The translations under genes and the position numbers were made by a program. From an uncultured Methanomicrobiaceae archaeon (GTDB taxonomy: Archaea > Halobacteriota > Methanomicrobia > Methanomicrobiales > Methanoculleaceae), in contig CAWGXH010000004.1 of NCBI GenBank assembly GCA_963826525.1, forward strand, positions 384,001-448,000: a stretch of DNA of 64,000 bases, given 5' to 3'. The notes under the pieces were generated by a model. It was not told the origin of the DNA. It was given only the letters and a program-made list of their open reading frames with translations, and searched no databases. Below are positions 63,209-64,000 of the stretch, piece by piece; position 1 is the first letter of the stretch, and every line of letters begins with the position of its first letter.

Positions 63209-64000
63209 CTACTGCATCACGATCTTACGCATCAGGGCCATGATCCCGGGCTTCGCATCCTTCCCGAGCGCTGCCTGAAAACCACCCATGCCCATCATGG
63301 GCCGGAGCATCTCGGCATTCAGCCGCTCGCCGATCTCGTCGAAGATCCGCTTATACGCGACGCAGTGCGGATCGACGCCCGCAATCTCTCCTCCCGTGGG
63401 AGCGATGGCATTGTAGGGGCATCCACCCCGGCAGTATTTGATGTGGGCGCAATCCTTGCACGCCCGATCAACGTACTCCTTGAACTGCTGCATCCGCTTC
63501 CAGGCATCGGACGCGGCAAGGTCATCGATGCCCGGACGGTCACGGACGTTGCCCATCACGTACTCCGGCATCCCGACAAAGCGGTAGCAGGGATAGATAC
63601 CTCCGTCTGGCCCGACGGCAAAGGTACTCCCCATGCAGTCGGCAAAGGTGCAGACGTTGCCCCTCCGGGTAAAGACGCACCGGCAGAGGTCGTTGATGTT
63701 CATGATCTCGATCTCGTCCATGTGTTCCAGAGCCTGATCGAGAAGGTAGACGAGCAGTTCTCCGTACTTCTCCGGCGGGAGAGCCCATTTTTCAGGGTTG
63801 GTGTCGCGGAGCGACGGCAGCGCGGGATGGAGTTTCAGGGTTAACCCATTCTCAAGGAAGAAGTTGAAGATGTCGCCCTTGAACGCCACGGAGTAGGAGG
63901 TGAAGGTACAGATGAACCGCACCGAAAGGCCGTGCGCCTTCGCAATCTCATAGCCCCGCATGGTCTTCTCATAGTACCCGCTCCCCCGCTGCAGGTCGTT
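63209..64000 (-). CDS. Radical SAM/SPASM enzyme, methanogen peptide-modifying type (TIGR04083-like), C-terminal part
   Basis: SPASM cysteines CTFADC...GPDG.IYPCYRF...CKDC....YCRGGCPY...HC; truncated by window edge. Confidence 0.85.
   Translation of the reverse strand, partial: NDLQRGSGYYEKTMRGYEIAKAHGLSVRFICTFTSYSVAFKGDIFNFFLENGLTLKLHPALPSLRDTNPEKWALPPEKYGELLVYLLDQALEHMDEIEIMNINDLCRCVFTRRGNVCTFADCMGSTFAVGPDGGIYPCYRFVGMPEYVMGNVRDRPGIDDLAASDAWKRMQQFKEYVDRACKDCAHIKYCRGGCPYNAIAPTGGEIAGVDPHCVAYKRIFDEIGERLNAEMLRPMMGMGGFQAALGKDAKPGIMALMRKIVMQ

Overview
GC-rich archaeal DNA, most likely a Methanomicrobiales methanogen. This is inferred from TATA-box promoters, GGAGGTGA ribosome-binding sites, a PGF-CTERM protein, ribL, a JAMM protein and a methanogen-type radical SAM/SPASM enzyme. 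Left end (1-8.4 kb): ADP-forming acyl-CoA synthetase tail, sulfur/stress genes and a 2-oxoacid:ferredoxin oxidoreductase operon. Centre (~8.6-46.4 kb): a large surface-glycan locus with wecB/wecC, a second NDP-sugar dehydrogenase, a Wzx-like flippase, a Wzy/GT-C-like membrane protein, three GT4s and one GT2. It also carries a tandem array of four secreted beta-helix paralogs with different C-termini, and an unusual tailoring set: a Cys-less AsnB-like ligase, CapA, two PaaK-like ligases, two FemAB-like GNATs and a divergent RaSEA-like radical SAM enzyme preceded by a short ORF. Right end: housekeeping and accessory genes, including a CxxCG/CxxCG peptide, a SagB-like nitroreductase, twin M28 peptidases, a structured leader RNA candidate and a partial TIGR04083-like radical SAM/SPASM gene. 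About a dozen genes carry single-base frameshifts, including core porA, which points to long-read assembly errors rather than pseudogenes. No rRNA, tRNA, CRISPR array or transposase was seen. All family names come from motif recognition, not database searches.
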